Notes: generated by a model not told the origin, from the sequence alone. Shown: positions 9,223 through 20,487, counted from the first letter of the stretch. The stretch is 64,000 nucleotides of DNA from Microgenomates group bacterium (GCA_049303675.1 JBAQNJ010000001.1:135494-199493), one strand, 5' to 3'. Program-made: numbers and translations.

Positions 9223-9621
9223 ATGAAACAAAAGTTTGTCACCATCTCACTCTTTCTTATACTTAATACTTTCTACTTAATACTCGCTACTCCTATTTTA
9301 GGACAAGGTGTCGTCGGCTCTATCACCAATCCTCTCTCCAAATATACCGGTACTCAGGGTCAGGGTTTGTTCAAATTTATTGGCAATGTCCTCAAATTTA
9401 CTGGTACTATCGGCGGTATTTACATGATAATTCAACTAATTACCGCTGGTTTTGCCTACATCTCTGCTTCTGGTGATCCAAAGCTTACCACGACCGCTTG
9501 GACCCAAATTTGGCAAAGTATCTTGGGTATGGTTATCATTGCCTCTGCCTTTGTCATCGCTGCCATAGTCGAGAGACTTACTGGTATTAAAATTTTATCC
9601 CCTGTCATTTATGGACCCTAG
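9223..9621 (+). CDS. T4SS pilin-like protein (VirB2/TrbC-like), paralog 2
   Basis: Signal peptide plus TM-ASGDPK-TM architecture. Confidence 0.65.
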   Translation: MKQKFVTISLFLILNTFYLILATPILGQGVVGSITNPLSKYTGTQGQGLFKFIGNVLKFTGTIGGIYMIIQLITAGFAYISASGDPKLTTTAWTQIWQSILGMVIIASAFVIAAIVERLTGIKILSPVIYGP

Positions 9622-9967
9622 ACAATTACTCGCCGATGTCAACATTCCTACCCTTACCGGTCCGGGTATCGATCCCAAAGGCAACGGTACTCTAGCCCTA
9701 GAAAAAATTATTGGCCAAGTTATTGGAGTTCTTACAATTGTTGGTATTATTTACTTTATCATTCAGGTCATCCTCGGTGGTTACGCTTTTCTCAGTTCTC
9801 AGGGTGATCCCAAAGCGATGGAGTCAGCCCGCAAGCGTCTTACTGATGGCGTTCTTGGTCTAACTATTATTATAGTGGCAGTCGGTCTCGGTTCCCTCAT
9901 TGCCACTTTAGCAGGAATCAACAATCCCCTAGATATTGGCGCATTATTTACCCAAATGGGCCTCTAA
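9611..9967 (+). CDS. T4SS pilin-like protein, paralog 3
   Basis: TM-SSQGDPKAMESARKRL-TM. Confidence 0.65.
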   Translation: MDPRQLLADVNIPTLTGPGIDPKGNGTLALEKIIGQVIGVLTIVGIIYFIIQVILGGYAFLSSQGDPKAMESARKRLTDGVLGLTIIIVAVGLGSLIATLAGINNPLDIGALFTQMGL

Positions 9968-9969
9968 TT

Positions 9970-10362
9970 ATGAAAAAATTATTCCTGACTCTCATACTTA
10001 CTACTTACTACTTACTACTTTCTACTTCTCCGGTACAGGCCATCATCTGCAATCCAGTCCTAAAGAATTGTGATTCCAGCACCGCCCCCAAAGCCTATTT
10101 CAACGGTGTCCTCTCTGCTGTTATTTCCATCTTTTTTATAGTCGGTATCATTTATTACATCTGGCACATCGTTTTTGCCGGCTATCACCTTATCTCCTCC
10201 GAGGGCGATCCCAAACGTTGGGAAACGGGTAAGAATGAAATCACTTATGCCACTATCGGTCTTTTTATAGTCTTCTCTATTTTTGCTATTCTCAAGTTTG
10301 TCGGTACTGTTCTCGGTATTCCTGGTCTTGGCAGTCTTACCATTATGTGGCCAACTCTTTAA
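9970..10362 (+). CDS. T4SS pilin-like protein, paralog 4
   Basis: Signal peptide, then TM-SSEGDPKRWETGK-TM. Confidence 0.65.
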   Translation: MKKLFLTLILTTYYLLLSTSPVQAIICNPVLKNCDSSTAPKAYFNGVLSAVISIFFIVGIIYYIWHIVFAGYHLISSEGDPKRWETGKNEITYATIGLFIVFSIFAILKFVGTVLGIPGLGSLTIMWPTL

Positions 10363-10395
10363 TAATTATTTATTTATTGTTATAATTTATTCAAT

Positions 10396-10773
10396 ATGAT
10401 CAAAAAATTCAAAGAACTCGTCCAATATGCAGCCATCGCCGCTCCTGTTATGGCCCAAGATATTAAATTAATTCCCAATGACAGCAATTGGAACAACCTT
10501 ACCAAATTAACCTTTGGTAGTATCGTTTCTGGTGCTATTTCTCTTGTCATGTTAGTTGTCGCCCTAGTTTTCTTCTTCATTCTCATCTGGGGTGGTCTCA
10601 AATGGGTTATGTCCGAAGGCGATCAAAAAGCCGTTGAAGCCGCCCGTGGTCAAATTACCAATGCTCTCATTGGTTTGGCTATCGTCTTTGCCGCTTTTGC
10701 CATCATGAAGCTTATCGAAACAATTTTCGGTATTCAGCTTCTCTCTGGCTTCAAAGTTCCTACCTTTCAATAA
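10396..10773 (+). CDS. T4SS pilin-like protein, paralog 5
   Basis: TM-SEGDQKAVEAARGQI-TM, followed by an intrinsic terminator. Confidence 0.65.
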   Translation: MIKKFKELVQYAAIAAPVMAQDIKLIPNDSNWNNLTKLTFGSIVSGAISLVMLVVALVFFFILIWGGLKWVMSEGDQKAVEAARGQITNALIGLAIVFAAFAIMKLIETIFGIQLLSGFKVPTFQ

Positions 10774-10792
10774 GGTATTTTCTTCAAACTCA

Positions 10793-10817
10793 AAACCCGT
10801 CGCAAGACGGGTTTTTT
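10793..10817 (+). terminator. rho-independent terminator after pilin paralog 5
   Basis: aaaaCCCGTCgcaaGACGGGtttttt: a GC stem followed by a T-run. Confidence 0.7.
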
Positions 10818-11217
10818 GCGGTATAATTCCCATATGAAAACTCGCATTTTATTTTTACTTTTTACTTTTAACTTTTTACTTTTTACTTTTGCGCCCCCAG
10901 CGCAAGCCCAATCCGCTTGGTCCGGCAAGTGTGTCACCAATACTGATGTGGCTACAGTTCAGGGGCTCGAATGTCTTTTTGGCAACATCCTCCAGGTCAT
11001 TGTCGGTCTGGCTGGCATCGCCTTTTTTGTTATGTTTATTAGCGGTGGCTTCCAATATCTCTTTAGTAGTAGTGATGCCAAAAAGGTGGCCGCTGCCTCT
11101 TCTACCCTCACCATGGCTATTCTTGGTCTGGTTGGCATCATCGCCTCTTTTCTGATTCTCCAATTCATCAAAAAAATCACCGGCGCCGATGTCACCAATT
11201 TTGTCATCCCCAGCTAA
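10816..11217 (+). CDS. T4SS pilin-like protein, paralog 6 (signal peptide, Cys pair)
   Basis: Signal peptide ...APPAQAQSAW, then TM-SSSDAKKVAAAS-TM. Confidence 0.6.
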   Translation: MRYNSHMKTRILFLLFTFNFLLFTFAPPAQAQSAWSGKCVTNTDVATVQGLECLFGNILQVIVGLAGIAFFVMFISGGFQYLFSSSDAKKVAAASSTLTMAILGLVGIIASFLILQFIKKITGADVTNFVIPS

Positions 11218-12563
11218 TGAAGAAACCTATTTTATTATGTCTTATTCTAGTTTCTAGTTTCCAGTTTCCAGTTTTCAATGCGCCTTTGGCGCACGCCATC
11301 AATCCCATTATTATCACCAATGCCGACAAAGGTGCTCCTCCCGCTACCAATCCCCTTTCCGAGGACTCAAATTATTACCCCAACGACGTTAGTCAAATTT
11401 GCAAAGATACATATACAATATCGCAAACTTTTGACCCCCAGATTAGTGGCACTACCACCGACGCCAACGGCAACACTGTCAACACCTATGTAACCCAAGA
11501 TATCAACAGAATCGAAAGTGCCCCTCCCGCCTTCAACTCTGGCTACTGGACCAATTCCGCTGCTTTCAATCAAGGTGCTTTCTCTGGTTCCAATTTCAAA
11601 GGCAATGCTTCCGATCCACTTTCTCGCAACGATGCCCTACTTTCCTACAATCCCTTTAGCGATATTGGTTCTCTGGGAGCCTCCACTCGGCTTATTCCCG
11701 ATGATATTCGTACTTGTTTGGTCGGTCAGCGCCTTGTTCGTGCCGTCAAATTAGCCAGTGGTAGCGGCGATGGTAGTCCTGTATCCAATCAGCAAGTTGC
11801 TTGGCAAAACGGTAGCAAAATTATTTCCACCGTCGACAGCACTGACCATTCCGATTGGCAAAAAGTCCAGCTCGATGATATTGCCATTACTCTCAAGGGC
11901 AATTCCAAATTATTCTTCGACCCGAGTGATGATTGTTATGCCACCGATCCCACACCCAAATCCGGTCCGCTTGGTAAATTTACTTCACCCACTAGTGATT
12001 CTTATCAAAAAATTAGTGAATCAGATGCCAATAGTTTATACCTAACTATAGGCACAATTGGCAATGGTCCCAGTCGCCGCGACGTCTGTGTTTACAACGA
12101 TGATCATGGCCAGCCAGTTGATCCAGAATGTAAGACCACCAATATGCCCCAAGGTGAATATCTCGCCTCTGCCAGCCCCAATTCCATCATCAATTATGAA
12201 GGTCAAAACATTCCACCAGTTCCAGTCTGTCAAAAATCCGGCACCACTCTGATTCAAGACAAACCCAATGGCCTCCTCTATGCCCTCAAGCAAGCCCTCG
12301 ATAATTTTGGCCAAGTAGTCGACCAGACACTTACTTTTTCTCGGTCAACTACTTACGAATATCATATCGATCCCAATTTACAAAAAAACATGAGTATCGA
12401 CGAAGTCGCCAATAAAAATTTGCTTCCCGACTATATCATCACCGAAAATGGTTTAGATAGTTCTAGCCGAGCTTTTTCTTCCACTGATGGTTATAGTATC
12501 GACCCCGGCAACAATGCCACTCGCCAGATTCTCACCCGTCAACTTTTACCAGAATCTTGGTAG
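11217..12563 (+). CDS. secreted protein, possibly pilus/T4SS surface component
   Basis: Signal peptide MKKPILLCLILVSSFQFPVFNAPLAHA (partly encoded by the GTTTCYA repeat). No TM segments. Position between pilins and VirB6-like gene. Confidence 0.45.
   Translation: MKKPILLCLILVSSFQFPVFNAPLAHAINPIIITNADKGAPPATNPLSEDSNYYPNDVSQICKDTYTISQTFDPQISGTTTDANGNTVNTYVTQDINRIESAPPAFNSGYWTNSAAFNQGAFSGSNFKGNASDPLSRNDALLSYNPFSDIGSLGASTRLIPDDIRTCLVGQRLVRAVKLASGSGDGSPVSNQQVAWQNGSKIISTVDSTDHSDWQKVQLDDIAITLKGNSKLFFDPSDDCYATDPTPKSGPLGKFTSPTSDSYQKISESDANSLYLTIGTIGNGPSRRDVCVYNDDHGQPVDPECKTTNMPQGEYLASASPNSIINYEGQNIPPVPVCQKSGTTLIQDKPNGLLYALKQALDNFGQVVDQTLTFSRSTTYEYHIDPNLQKNMSIDEVANKNLLPDYIITENGLDSSSRAFSSTDGYSIDPGNNATRQILTRQLLPESW
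11241..11279. repeat. GTTTCYA heptamer tandem array (family R5), shared CTTATTCT prefix
   Basis: cttattctagtttctagtttccagtttccagttttc. Related arrays at 12609-12652, 23349-23400, 46291-46329, 46644-46677 and 52541-52574. Confidence 0.8.
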
Positions 12564-12570
12564 TACTTAT

Positions 12571-14085
12571 ATGCTAAAATATTTCAACATGCGCCGTGCA
12601 ATTTTTTGTCTTATTCTGGTTTCCAGTTTCCTGTTTCTAGTTTCTAGTGTTGTTATCGCCCAAGACACTACTTATCAGAAAAAACGTGATGCTATCAAGA
12701 AGGGCAACAATCAAGAACGTTGGCTCAAAGAATCGTTTGATTCCAATGCCGTGGTTGCTCTCGAGGCCTTTACTGGTCCGATTCCTGATGATGTTCTCAA
12801 CGGTACTGCAGTTGGCTATATCCCCAGCGGCATGATTGGCTATGGTGCCAATATGATTGCCCAGCTCTCCGTCCCCGCCGCCTCCGGCGTCCAATATTTG
12901 GCCGATTTAAAGGACACTTTTCTCGGTGGCCATCCCGCCTATGCTCAAACTCCCAACGGTTTTGGCTTTACTGGCCTCCAGCCCATTTTGCCCATCTGGC
13001 GCGGTTTTCGTAACGTAGTTTATCTTCTCTCTTCTCTTATCTTTATCATCATCGGTGTCATGATTATGTTGCGGGTCAAAATTAGTCCTCAGGCGGTAAT
13101 TAATATCCAAAACGCCATTCCCCAGCTCGTCACCACTCTTATTTTAGTCACTTTTTCCTATGCTATCGCCGGATTACTTATCGATGTCATGACCTTTATT
13201 CAGGGACTAGTTATTGCTCTTCTCTTCCAAATCAATGGTACCGCTCTCGGATCCAATCTTTTACCAGGTATCAAAAATTATTCTTTTGATACTCTCACCA
13301 ACACTGGTATTGGTGACTATGCCAATCTGGCTATTCGTGCTCTACCCATGTCTGTCTTTATAGCGTGGGGCACTATCATTGGGGCAATTATTGGCGGATT
13401 TTTCCTCCCCTTTACGGCAGGCGCATCAATAGCTGCTGGTGGTGGAATTGGTGTTGTTATAGTTTTGTTAGTTGTTTCTATTGCAGTTATCGTCTGGATG
13501 TTCAAGTTTTATTTCGGCTGTCTTAAGGCTTATATTACTATCATTTTCAAAATTGTCGTCGCCCCCCTAGAATTAGCTATGGGTGCCTTCCCCAATTCCA
13601 AAATGGGTTTTAGTACTTGGATTTGGGATCTGATTGCCAATCTCGCCATTTTTCCCATCTCCACTATCTTTATGGTCATTGGCAACATGATTATTGATGC
13701 CTCGAAGAAGGGCTTATGGGCTCCCAGTGTTATTGCCAATCTCTCATTACCAGGCTCGCTTACCGCCCTGGGTACCCTAGGCCTCAACAATATTATTTCC
13801 ATTGGTATTGGTTTATCAGTTGTCGCACTTATGTCAAAATTACCCGAAATGATTCCCGAGTTTGTCTTTGCCATCAAGCCATCCCCATGGGGCAAGGCTA
13901 TCGGTGAGGGACTCACTTCCAAGGCTGCCCAAAATGCTTGGGGTCTTGGTAAGGCTACGGGTCAACAATGGGTACATGACAAATTATTAGACCAAGAAGG
14001 ACTGAGTCCAACAGGTGATCGGCTTGCTACACTTGGACGTGGTATGGAGGTTTTTGGCATAGCCAAAGAAAAGAGACATCCTTAA
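12571..14085 (+). CDS. VirB6/TrbL-like polytopic T4SS membrane protein
   Basis: Signal peptide followed by about 8 hydrophobic helices. Start chosen at ATG 12571 (MLKYFNMRRAIF...), since the track ORF starting at 12487 would overlap the upstream gene. Confidence 0.5.
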   Translation: MLKYFNMRRAIFCLILVSSFLFLVSSVVIAQDTTYQKKRDAIKKGNNQERWLKESFDSNAVVALEAFTGPIPDDVLNGTAVGYIPSGMIGYGANMIAQLSVPAASGVQYLADLKDTFLGGHPAYAQTPNGFGFTGLQPILPIWRGFRNVVYLLSSLIFIIIGVMIMLRVKISPQAVINIQNAIPQLVTTLILVTFSYAIAGLLIDVMTFIQGLVIALLFQINGTALGSNLLPGIKNYSFDTLTNTGIGDYANLAIRALPMSVFIAWGTIIGAIIGGFFLPFTAGASIAAGGGIGVVIVLLVVSIAVIVWMFKFYFGCLKAYITIIFKIVVAPLELAMGAFPNSKMGFSTWIWDLIANLAIFPISTIFMVIGNMIIDASKKGLWAPSVIANLSLPGSLTALGTLGLNNIISIGIGLSVVALMSKLPEMIPEFVFAIKPSPWGKAIGEGLTSKAAQNAWGLGKATGQQWVHDKLLDQEGLSPTGDRLATLGRGMEVFGIAKEKRHP

Positions 14086-14112
14086 AAAAACTTTTCGATA
14101 AAAAGATAGTAT

Positions 14113-16560
14113 TTATGTCTTAAGTATCGCGATATTTCTCAACGACTGCCTCTTTAGCTCTTCCCTTCTTTGAGACTGCTTTGTGCCCAATCTTCCTGAT
14201 AGACCGTCCTGGAAGAATATCGCCGACATTTTCGCTTCGCCCACACCTGTTATATTTGGTACTGACAATATGTCATATACCTTCTGTTTTTCGCTATCAT
14301 CTAATCCTGTTAATGAATCCACTATCTTGTGAACAGCCAGTACATCCGGTCCTCCTACATTTGGCAATAATGGAGTATCAACAAGCAACAACTCCTTATT
14401 CACCACATTCAAAATTCCCCCCACGATTGCATACGGATCTCTTAGCCATGGGTCCAATAAAAACTTTTTATCCTCATCTTTTGGCTTCTCACCACGACTA
14501 GCTTTCTCAGGATTAGCCAATTTCCATTTATATTCCCACCCGGGCACCTCTATCTTTCTTAGATCTTGCATCTTATTACTCCAGTCAGATAGGAAATCGC
14601 CCATTTCCCGGCTTGCATCTTTCATTGGTAACTTACCTTTAAAAGCCATTCCCCATAGCACCGTTGCTGGCCACCAATCTCGAATAAATGAACCGAAAAT
14701 ATGATCATCTCCACCTCTACCAAATACTATGGTATCAGGTCTCCCTACTTTTGCCTCTTCTCCGCCTCTCCTTCTAGGTGCAACATGTTCAACAGCCAAA
14801 TCTTCTTCATTAACAGTCAACAGAAATTCAGCGGGGGACATCGTCGCTTTCTCTGCCCGCATCATTAAACTACCATCCTCTTTGAATTGTCTTTTTCCAT
14901 CTTCATCAAGGTCTGGTACAGACAACATAACCGACATTTCCGACATCTCAGTCCATGATGCCCCAGTTCTCTCAGGAATGTACCTCCATTCGCCGCTCAG
15001 TAACTTTTTTGTAAAATCTCTTACCCCTTTCTTTCTATCAAGCTGTACCAATTTCTGAACCAGATCCCCCACCCTCCCTATCACGTTATAGTTCCATTTA
15101 TCACTAATCTCTACTCCAGCCCAAGTAAATCCTGCCTTCTGAATTACCTTCCATAGCGGATGTATTAAGACCCTGTCAGGATCGGGAGTTCTATTATTAT
15201 TTACTCTATCAATATCAGCTGAATCAATTGCCATAGATCCATCTATAAACACATGGCCAGCCATTGACACAAAAATTTTAGCCATATTCTCATCACACCA
15301 CCGATCTTTAACTAATCCTTTTACAATTCGGTCCATTGACGCCATGTACTCACCAGTGTCTATATCTCCATCCTTAAGTGCTTTAATAAAAAACCTTCCA
15401 TCCTGTGTATATTCCGAACGACGATTTCCTCCCGGAAAGTCACCTTCATCACGTTTAAATATTCCTCTGAACACCCTTCTCGCCGCCTCTCTAAAAGCCG
15501 GTTCTGTGCTCATCAATATTCCCAATTCATTTGTCTTAATTTTTTCTAGTTCAGAATTACCAATTCCTGGCATTTGCATCATCTCCTCAGGCTTTGCTCC
15601 GCCTCTTTTATATCTTGTGAAATTCATTCCTGCCAATGCAATTCTCAGTATACTCTTCCATCTTTTTATTCCATCCTCTGTCATATATTGTGTTTCCCCA
15701 ACCAGAGATGGATTGTCAAAAAACAGTTCACTTTCAAGCGATTGTCTCTCCCACGCGTTTTCCGACATTAAATCATCGACTAAGGTGTCAAAATCTTTTT
15801 TTGATATTTCTCTGGCCATTTCTCTTTGTCCCTCGGCACTCGCATCAGCAATATCCCTACCAAGTGTGCTTAGATCTCCCAGCCCTCCACCGCCATTGGT
15901 GCCCTCCAATGTCTCAGCAACTGAACCCAATAATGCTAAAACCATCTTTCTCTCGTCCGCCTGATTAGCAGGAACTTTTAATGCCATAACTCTATCTAAG
16001 GCACCGTCAACCTCAACCCCCATCATCTTCTTACCCTTAACTCCACCCACCAATAACGCTTCCCCTTGGTACGCATCCAGCTGTTGCAACTCTTTCATCA
16101 GATCGGCATTCTCAATAATATTATCCATTACTCTTTGTCCCAAACCTTTCATTGCAGTTGGCAGAGCCGCATCTACTGACGCCGGTGTATTTAGTGTCGC
16201 AACAAGACTAGTGTCACCGCCATGTCTCATTACAACAAAAGTTGATTTTGCCAGTACATCTAGTGCAACATCAGCCATCTGTTTTTCACTTGCGTTTGTA
16301 CCTGTATTCGCAGCACTGGCTCTACTCACAAGTACCGATACTTGATCAGCCCCTCCACCCAATCCAGCTATTGCACCAATTGCGATTCCATTAGCCTGTG
16401 AAATTTCTGTAGGTGTTACCGGATGAAGAACGTTTTTGTCAAACAAAATTTGGGCACAGGTATCTATTTTCTTCATCTTAGCAGCATCTCTCAATTCCAC
16501 ACCCAGAAACGCTGAACTCACCATGTCTTTTGGTACTCTGTCTACTGCCATATATCCCAA
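14113..16560 (-). CDS. large hypothetical soluble protein (815 aa), D/E/G/M-rich
   Basis: Long ORF with no TM and no Walker motif. The local motif SMAGHVFIDGSMAID resembles SLAGHEYAHSIDRAL of the 53659-54822 protein. Confidence 0.45.
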   Translation of the reverse strand: MGYMAVDRVPKDMVSSAFLGVELRDAAKMKKIDTCAQILFDKNVLHPVTPTEISQANGIAIGAIAGLGGGADQVSVLVSRASAANTGTNASEKQMADVALDVLAKSTFVVMRHGGDTSLVATLNTPASVDAALPTAMKGLGQRVMDNIIENADLMKELQQLDAYQGEALLVGGVKGKKMMGVEVDGALDRVMALKVPANQADERKMVLALLGSVAETLEGTNGGGGLGDLSTLGRDIADASAEGQREMAREISKKDFDTLVDDLMSENAWERQSLESELFFDNPSLVGETQYMTEDGIKRWKSILRIALAGMNFTRYKRGGAKPEEMMQMPGIGNSELEKIKTNELGILMSTEPAFREAARRVFRGIFKRDEGDFPGGNRRSEYTQDGRFFIKALKDGDIDTGEYMASMDRIVKGLVKDRWCDENMAKIFVSMAGHVFIDGSMAIDSADIDRVNNNRTPDPDRVLIHPLWKVIQKAGFTWAGVEISDKWNYNVIGRVGDLVQKLVQLDRKKGVRDFTKKLLSGEWRYIPERTGASWTEMSEMSVMLSVPDLDEDGKRQFKEDGSLMMRAEKATMSPAEFLLTVNEEDLAVEHVAPRRRGGEEAKVGRPDTIVFGRGGDDHIFGSFIRDWWPATVLWGMAFKGKLPMKDASREMGDFLSDWSNKMQDLRKIEVPGWEYKWKLANPEKASRGEKPKDEDKKFLLDPWLRDPYAIVGGILNVVNKELLLVDTPLLPNVGGPDVLAVHKIVDSLTGLDDSEKQKVYDILSVPNITGVGEAKMSAIFFQDGLSGRLGTKQSQRREELKRQSLRNIAILKT

Positions 16561-16772
16561 ATTATCACAGTTTCTATCCCAAAATGCAAGCCTCAGTTTA
16601 TCCTATAACTAATTCCACCCATTTTAGTAATTTACTATTTCTATTATTTTATATCCTTGTTTCTGTTAAATTTTTAAATTCTATTAAATTTTATCTTTTA
16701 TCCCTCATTCCTGTATAATCCATTCACCGACAACCATTCGTAATTCATAATTTTTAATTCGTAATTATTTTT

Positions 16773-18461
16773 ATGCCCTCATCCATCAACGACATCGACT
16801 TTCACGTCCGTTCCTACCGTAGTGCTCTCAAGAGTAATTTGGAAATCACCATCAATTCTCTGGCCAATCCTCACAATCGTCTCGGCTCTATTCTTCATCC
16901 TTTTGCCGATAACCCACAGATTATTGATTACTCTGCCCTTGTCTATTCCCTCCAGCGACTACCCCTAGAAATCGATAATCTAAACTTGATTATCATGGGC
17001 CAAAATCCCGATGTCTTTGCCCAGCATGGCTTTCCCCATATCATTAGTTGGGCCAAGGGTCCCACTCCAGCCCGTCGTCGTTCCAATTTTATCAATTTGA
17101 AGACTGGCACCGGTGCCACTCTTATTGGCTCGATTTCCGACGTCGACGACGTTATCAACAATCTGATTGCCTATCAAGTCGAGTGGAACAAGCTCCATCT
17201 AATTCTTATTGCCAAATATAAGACAGTCAAAGACCTCCATTCTGCCATCCTCTCCGGTAAAATTGTCACCGATCTCCAGGCCACCTCCGAGGATTGGTCT
17301 AACTTTATTGCCGCTCTTGGTAAGAGTTATTCAATCCGGCTTGAACATGTCTTTACCAAATTTCACGATCTTCGTGTTCGTCTTTTGGCTGGCTCTTGGA
17401 TTGATTACACCAAAACCGTCCAACGCTGGTGGAAAAATATTGCCTCCACCGTGTCAGTTTCCAAGAGTAAATTTCACATGTCCAAAAGTGATATCTATTT
17501 TGTCAGTAGCAACACTCACAGTCTTCTCAACCTTTTTACCGGCTTTCCTCTCAAAATGAAATCAACTATCATCAAAAATATCAAACGGGATTATCCCCAC
17601 CTCTATACTCAGTGGCTCCAAATCCAATCAGGCAATTCTTCTCTGCCCGAGCCAGATTTTCTCTTTTACTGTTCCAAATTTTATCAAAATGATCCTATTT
17701 TTCAGAAAAATTTGGCCGCCCTACAGAAAAAGTTAGGTATTATTTCCATTCCCTCTGCCCACCATCTCGATATCAATGTCCAAATCTATCCGCTTTCTAG
17801 TCTAGCCAAATCAAAATATCTGTCTCCTCAAATTAGTATTACTGATCGACACAAGCTCCAACGCTCCAAAGCTCTAATCTTCAACATTGACTATCCCCTC
17901 GGCTTTTCTGCCTATCACATTCTCAATGAAGTTTTGGAAAATGTCCAAGCTCTCAAAGGTGTCTATATTCTAGGCAAAGCCGCAGTGTTAAATTCCGAGT
18001 TAGGCGATGTCGAAATCCCCAAAGTTATTTTCGACGAACACACCCAAAACACCTATATGTTCACCAATTGTTTTAATTCATTTTTCCCCTTTCCCAACAA
18101 TCAAGGATCTATTTTGACCAATCAAAAAGCAGTTTCGGTTTTGGGTACTTTTTTGGAAAATGAAGCCCTTCTCCAAAAATATTTCGACAACAACCTCACT
18201 ATTATCGAGATGGAATCTGGCCCCTATCTCTCCGCTGTCTCCGAAGCCACCTATGATCAACAGTTTCCCCACAACTCAATCGTTGACCTCCATGACGCCC
18301 CTTTTGATATCGGCATAATTAATTACACTAGCGACACTCCCTATTCCAAGGCCAAAAACCTCGGTGCCGGTGCCCTTGCTTTGAACGGCGCCGAACCAGT
18401 GTATTTAGGAACATTGAGTATATTGCAGAGGATTATTAATATAGAAGAATCTCTAAAATAA
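16773..18461 (+). CDS. hypothetical protein with C-terminal nucleoside-phosphorylase-like (PNP_UDP_1-type) region
   Basis: The C-terminal segment ...YILGKAAVLNSELGDVEIP...IIEMESGPYLSAV resembles the MTAN/PNP EMES motif. The N-terminal 340 aa are unassigned. Confidence 0.4.
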   Translation: MPSSINDIDFHVRSYRSALKSNLEITINSLANPHNRLGSILHPFADNPQIIDYSALVYSLQRLPLEIDNLNLIIMGQNPDVFAQHGFPHIISWAKGPTPARRRSNFINLKTGTGATLIGSISDVDDVINNLIAYQVEWNKLHLILIAKYKTVKDLHSAILSGKIVTDLQATSEDWSNFIAALGKSYSIRLEHVFTKFHDLRVRLLAGSWIDYTKTVQRWWKNIASTVSVSKSKFHMSKSDIYFVSSNTHSLLNLFTGFPLKMKSTIIKNIKRDYPHLYTQWLQIQSGNSSLPEPDFLFYCSKFYQNDPIFQKNLAALQKKLGIISIPSAHHLDINVQIYPLSSLAKSKYLSPQISITDRHKLQRSKALIFNIDYPLGFSAYHILNEVLENVQALKGVYILGKAAVLNSELGDVEIPKVIFDEHTQNTYMFTNCFNSFFPFPNNQGSILTNQKAVSVLGTFLENEALLQKYFDNNLTIIEMESGPYLSAVSEATYDQQFPHNSIVDLHDAPFDIGIINYTSDTPYSKAKNLGAGALALNGAEPVYLGTLSILQRIINIEESLK

Positions 18462-18513
18462 CCTTTTTGTCCTTCTCCCTTTCTTGTCCACCGAAGCTTT
18501 AGCGTAGGAGGGT

Positions 18514-20487
18514 TCAAGGGGAGATTCGTCCGACTTTGTCGGACGAGAGGGGTTTTGAATTCATCACCTGCGCAAACTCCACATCATCCAAACTCTCTTT
18601 CTCCATTAGCACTTTTGCCAGTTCATCCATTTTTTTTCTTTCTTTTTTCAATATAGTTATCGCCCGTGCTAGTGCTGTATTAATTAGTTTTTTAATCTCA
18701 CCATCCACTTTTTCCTGCATTCCATCCGATATTTTTGCCGGCTCCATCCATGTTTTACCCATATCACTAATATCAATCTGCGGCCCCATAGCAATCGGTC
18801 CGAGTGGCGACATTCCCCACGATATCACCATGTTTCTAGCAATATTTGTCACGTGACTTATATCCGAGCTGGCTCCAGTCGTAATATCTCCAAATACTAT
18901 CTCTTCCGCCGCTCTCCCTCCCATTGCCATGGCCATTTGTTTAATTAGACGCGACTTTGTCTCGTGGACTCGGTCCATCTTCGGTGGAATTAGGGTAAAT
19001 CCTAGCGCCATCCCTCGTGAAACAATCGATATTCGGTGTACCGGATCAAGGTCCTCTACAAAATTTACTATTGCATGTCCCGCCTCATGGTATGCCGTCA
19101 TTAGTTTGTCATCATCGGTTTGATCTCTTCTTTTCTCAGATCCCAATTTTACTTTTAGCGCCGAGTCCTCTATATCCGCCATATTTATTTCAGTTTTATT
19201 TTCTCGAGCCGCTTTAATGGCCGACTCATTTAACATGTTTTCTAGGTCTGCTCCCGAAAATCCCACTGTCCTGCGCGCTATTGCCTCCCATCTGACATCT
19301 TTCCCAAATGGTTTTCCCTTAGCATGAATTTTAATGATGTCTTCTCTCGCCTTTAGATCGGGCATTTCCAGTATCACTCTTCGGTCAAATCGACCAGGGC
19401 GCAGTAATGCTGGGTCGAGCAAATCGCCTCGGTTTGTCGCCGCGAGTACTACCACTGCCGTATTCGCCTCAAATCCATCCATTTCTACCAGTATTTGATT
19501 TAGTGTTTGTTCTCTTTCCCCATGACCACCTTCTAGGCCTCCACGCATTCTGCCAATAGCATCAATTTCATCAATAAAAATAATTGCCTTACCGGCTTTT
19601 TTAGCTGTTCCAAACAAGTCCCGCACTCTACTCGCTCCTACACCGACCAACATTTCCATAAACTCCGATCCCGCCATAGCATAAAAAGGCACATTTGCCT
19701 CCCCTGCCACTGCCTTGGCTAGGAGTGTTTTACCTACCCCTGCTGGTCCCACCAGTAGTACTCCCTTGGGTGCTCTCGCCCCCATTTTTCGATATTTTTC
19801 CGGATGTTTCAAAAAATCGACCACTTCTTCCAAATCTTTTTTGGCTTCCTCGACACCCGCCACATCCTTAAACGACAAATTTTGTTTGCCTTTGATAAAT
19901 AGTTTAGCCGTCGATTTTCCAAATCCAAACATCCCTCCAGCACCACCTTGTTGTCGCCCGAAAAACCAAATAATAAATATAATTGGTAATCCAATACTTA
20001 GTAACGTTCCCAATATATCCATCATCGCCTTCCAACCACTTCTATTTTCTACACTAAATTTAACTGTGGCCACATCAATTCCTTCTCGTTGCAATAGTTC
20101 GGCCATCGAAGTACTCGGTTCTTTTGAAGAAACAATCACCTTATCAACCTCTTTTATTTTTACTAGAATTTCATTATCCATTACCGTCACACTCTCTGCA
20201 TTACCTTTTTTGATTACGTCCACTACCTGTGAGAGCGGCACTTTTTCCATTTCTTGTGGCAAAAATATATCCTTAATTATGGTCAAAGTCCAAAACACCA
20301 ATACTACATACAGCACTCCCTGAATTATTTGTCTTGGCCCTATCTCAATTTTTTTTATCTTGACTCCAGGAGGCAAGTTGTCCATTATTTCTTTTGGAAT
20401 ATCATCGTTTTTCTTTTTTATTGGCTTTGGCTTTACCGGAGTTGACTTTAATTTTAGGAATAATTTTTGCAGGAAATTCATATCCAA
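18514..20487 (-). CDS. ftsH: ATP-dependent zinc metalloprotease FtsH
   Basis: Walker [22 protein letters not shown] second region of homology, and zinc motif HEAGHAIV. Confidence 0.95.
   Translation of the reverse strand: MDMNFLQKLFLKLKSTPVKPKPIKKKNDDIPKEIMDNLPPGVKIKKIEIGPRQIIQGVLYVVLVFWTLTIIKDIFLPQEMEKVPLSQVVDVIKKGNAESVTVMDNEILVKIKEVDKVIVSSKEPSTSMAELLQREGIDVATVKFSVENRSGWKAMMDILGTLLSIGLPIIFIIWFFGRQQGGAGGMFGFGKSTAKLFIKGKQNLSFKDVAGVEEAKKDLEEVVDFLKHPEKYRKMGARAPKGVLLVGPAGVGKTLLAKAVAGEANVPFYAMAGSEFMEMLVGVGASRVRDLFGTAKKAGKAIIFIDEIDAIGRMRGGLEGGHGEREQTLNQILVEMDGFEANTAVVVLAATNRGDLLDPALLRPGRFDRRVILEMPDLKAREDIIKIHAKGKPFGKDVRWEAIARRTVGFSGADLENMLNESAIKAARENKTEINMADIEDSALKVKLGSEKRRDQTDDDKLMTAYHEAGHAIVNFVEDLDPVHRISIVSRGMALGFTLIPPKMDRVHETKSRLIKQMAMAMGGRAAEEIVFGDITTGASSDISHVTNIARNMVISWGMSPLGPIAMGPQIDISDMGKTWMEPAKISDGMQEKVDGEIKKLINTALARAITILKKERKKMDELAKVLMEKESLDDVEFAQVMNSKPLSSDKVGRISP

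Noticed and set aside
9990-10025. Tandem TACTAC units (tacttactacttactacttactac) inside pilin paralog 4, resembling the CopY operator half-site
   Set aside because: No inverted GTAGTA partner. The tract is in-frame coding for a Leu/Thr/Tyr-rich signal peptide (LILTTYYLLLS), and similar tracts occur in paralogs 2 and 6 because of paralogy.
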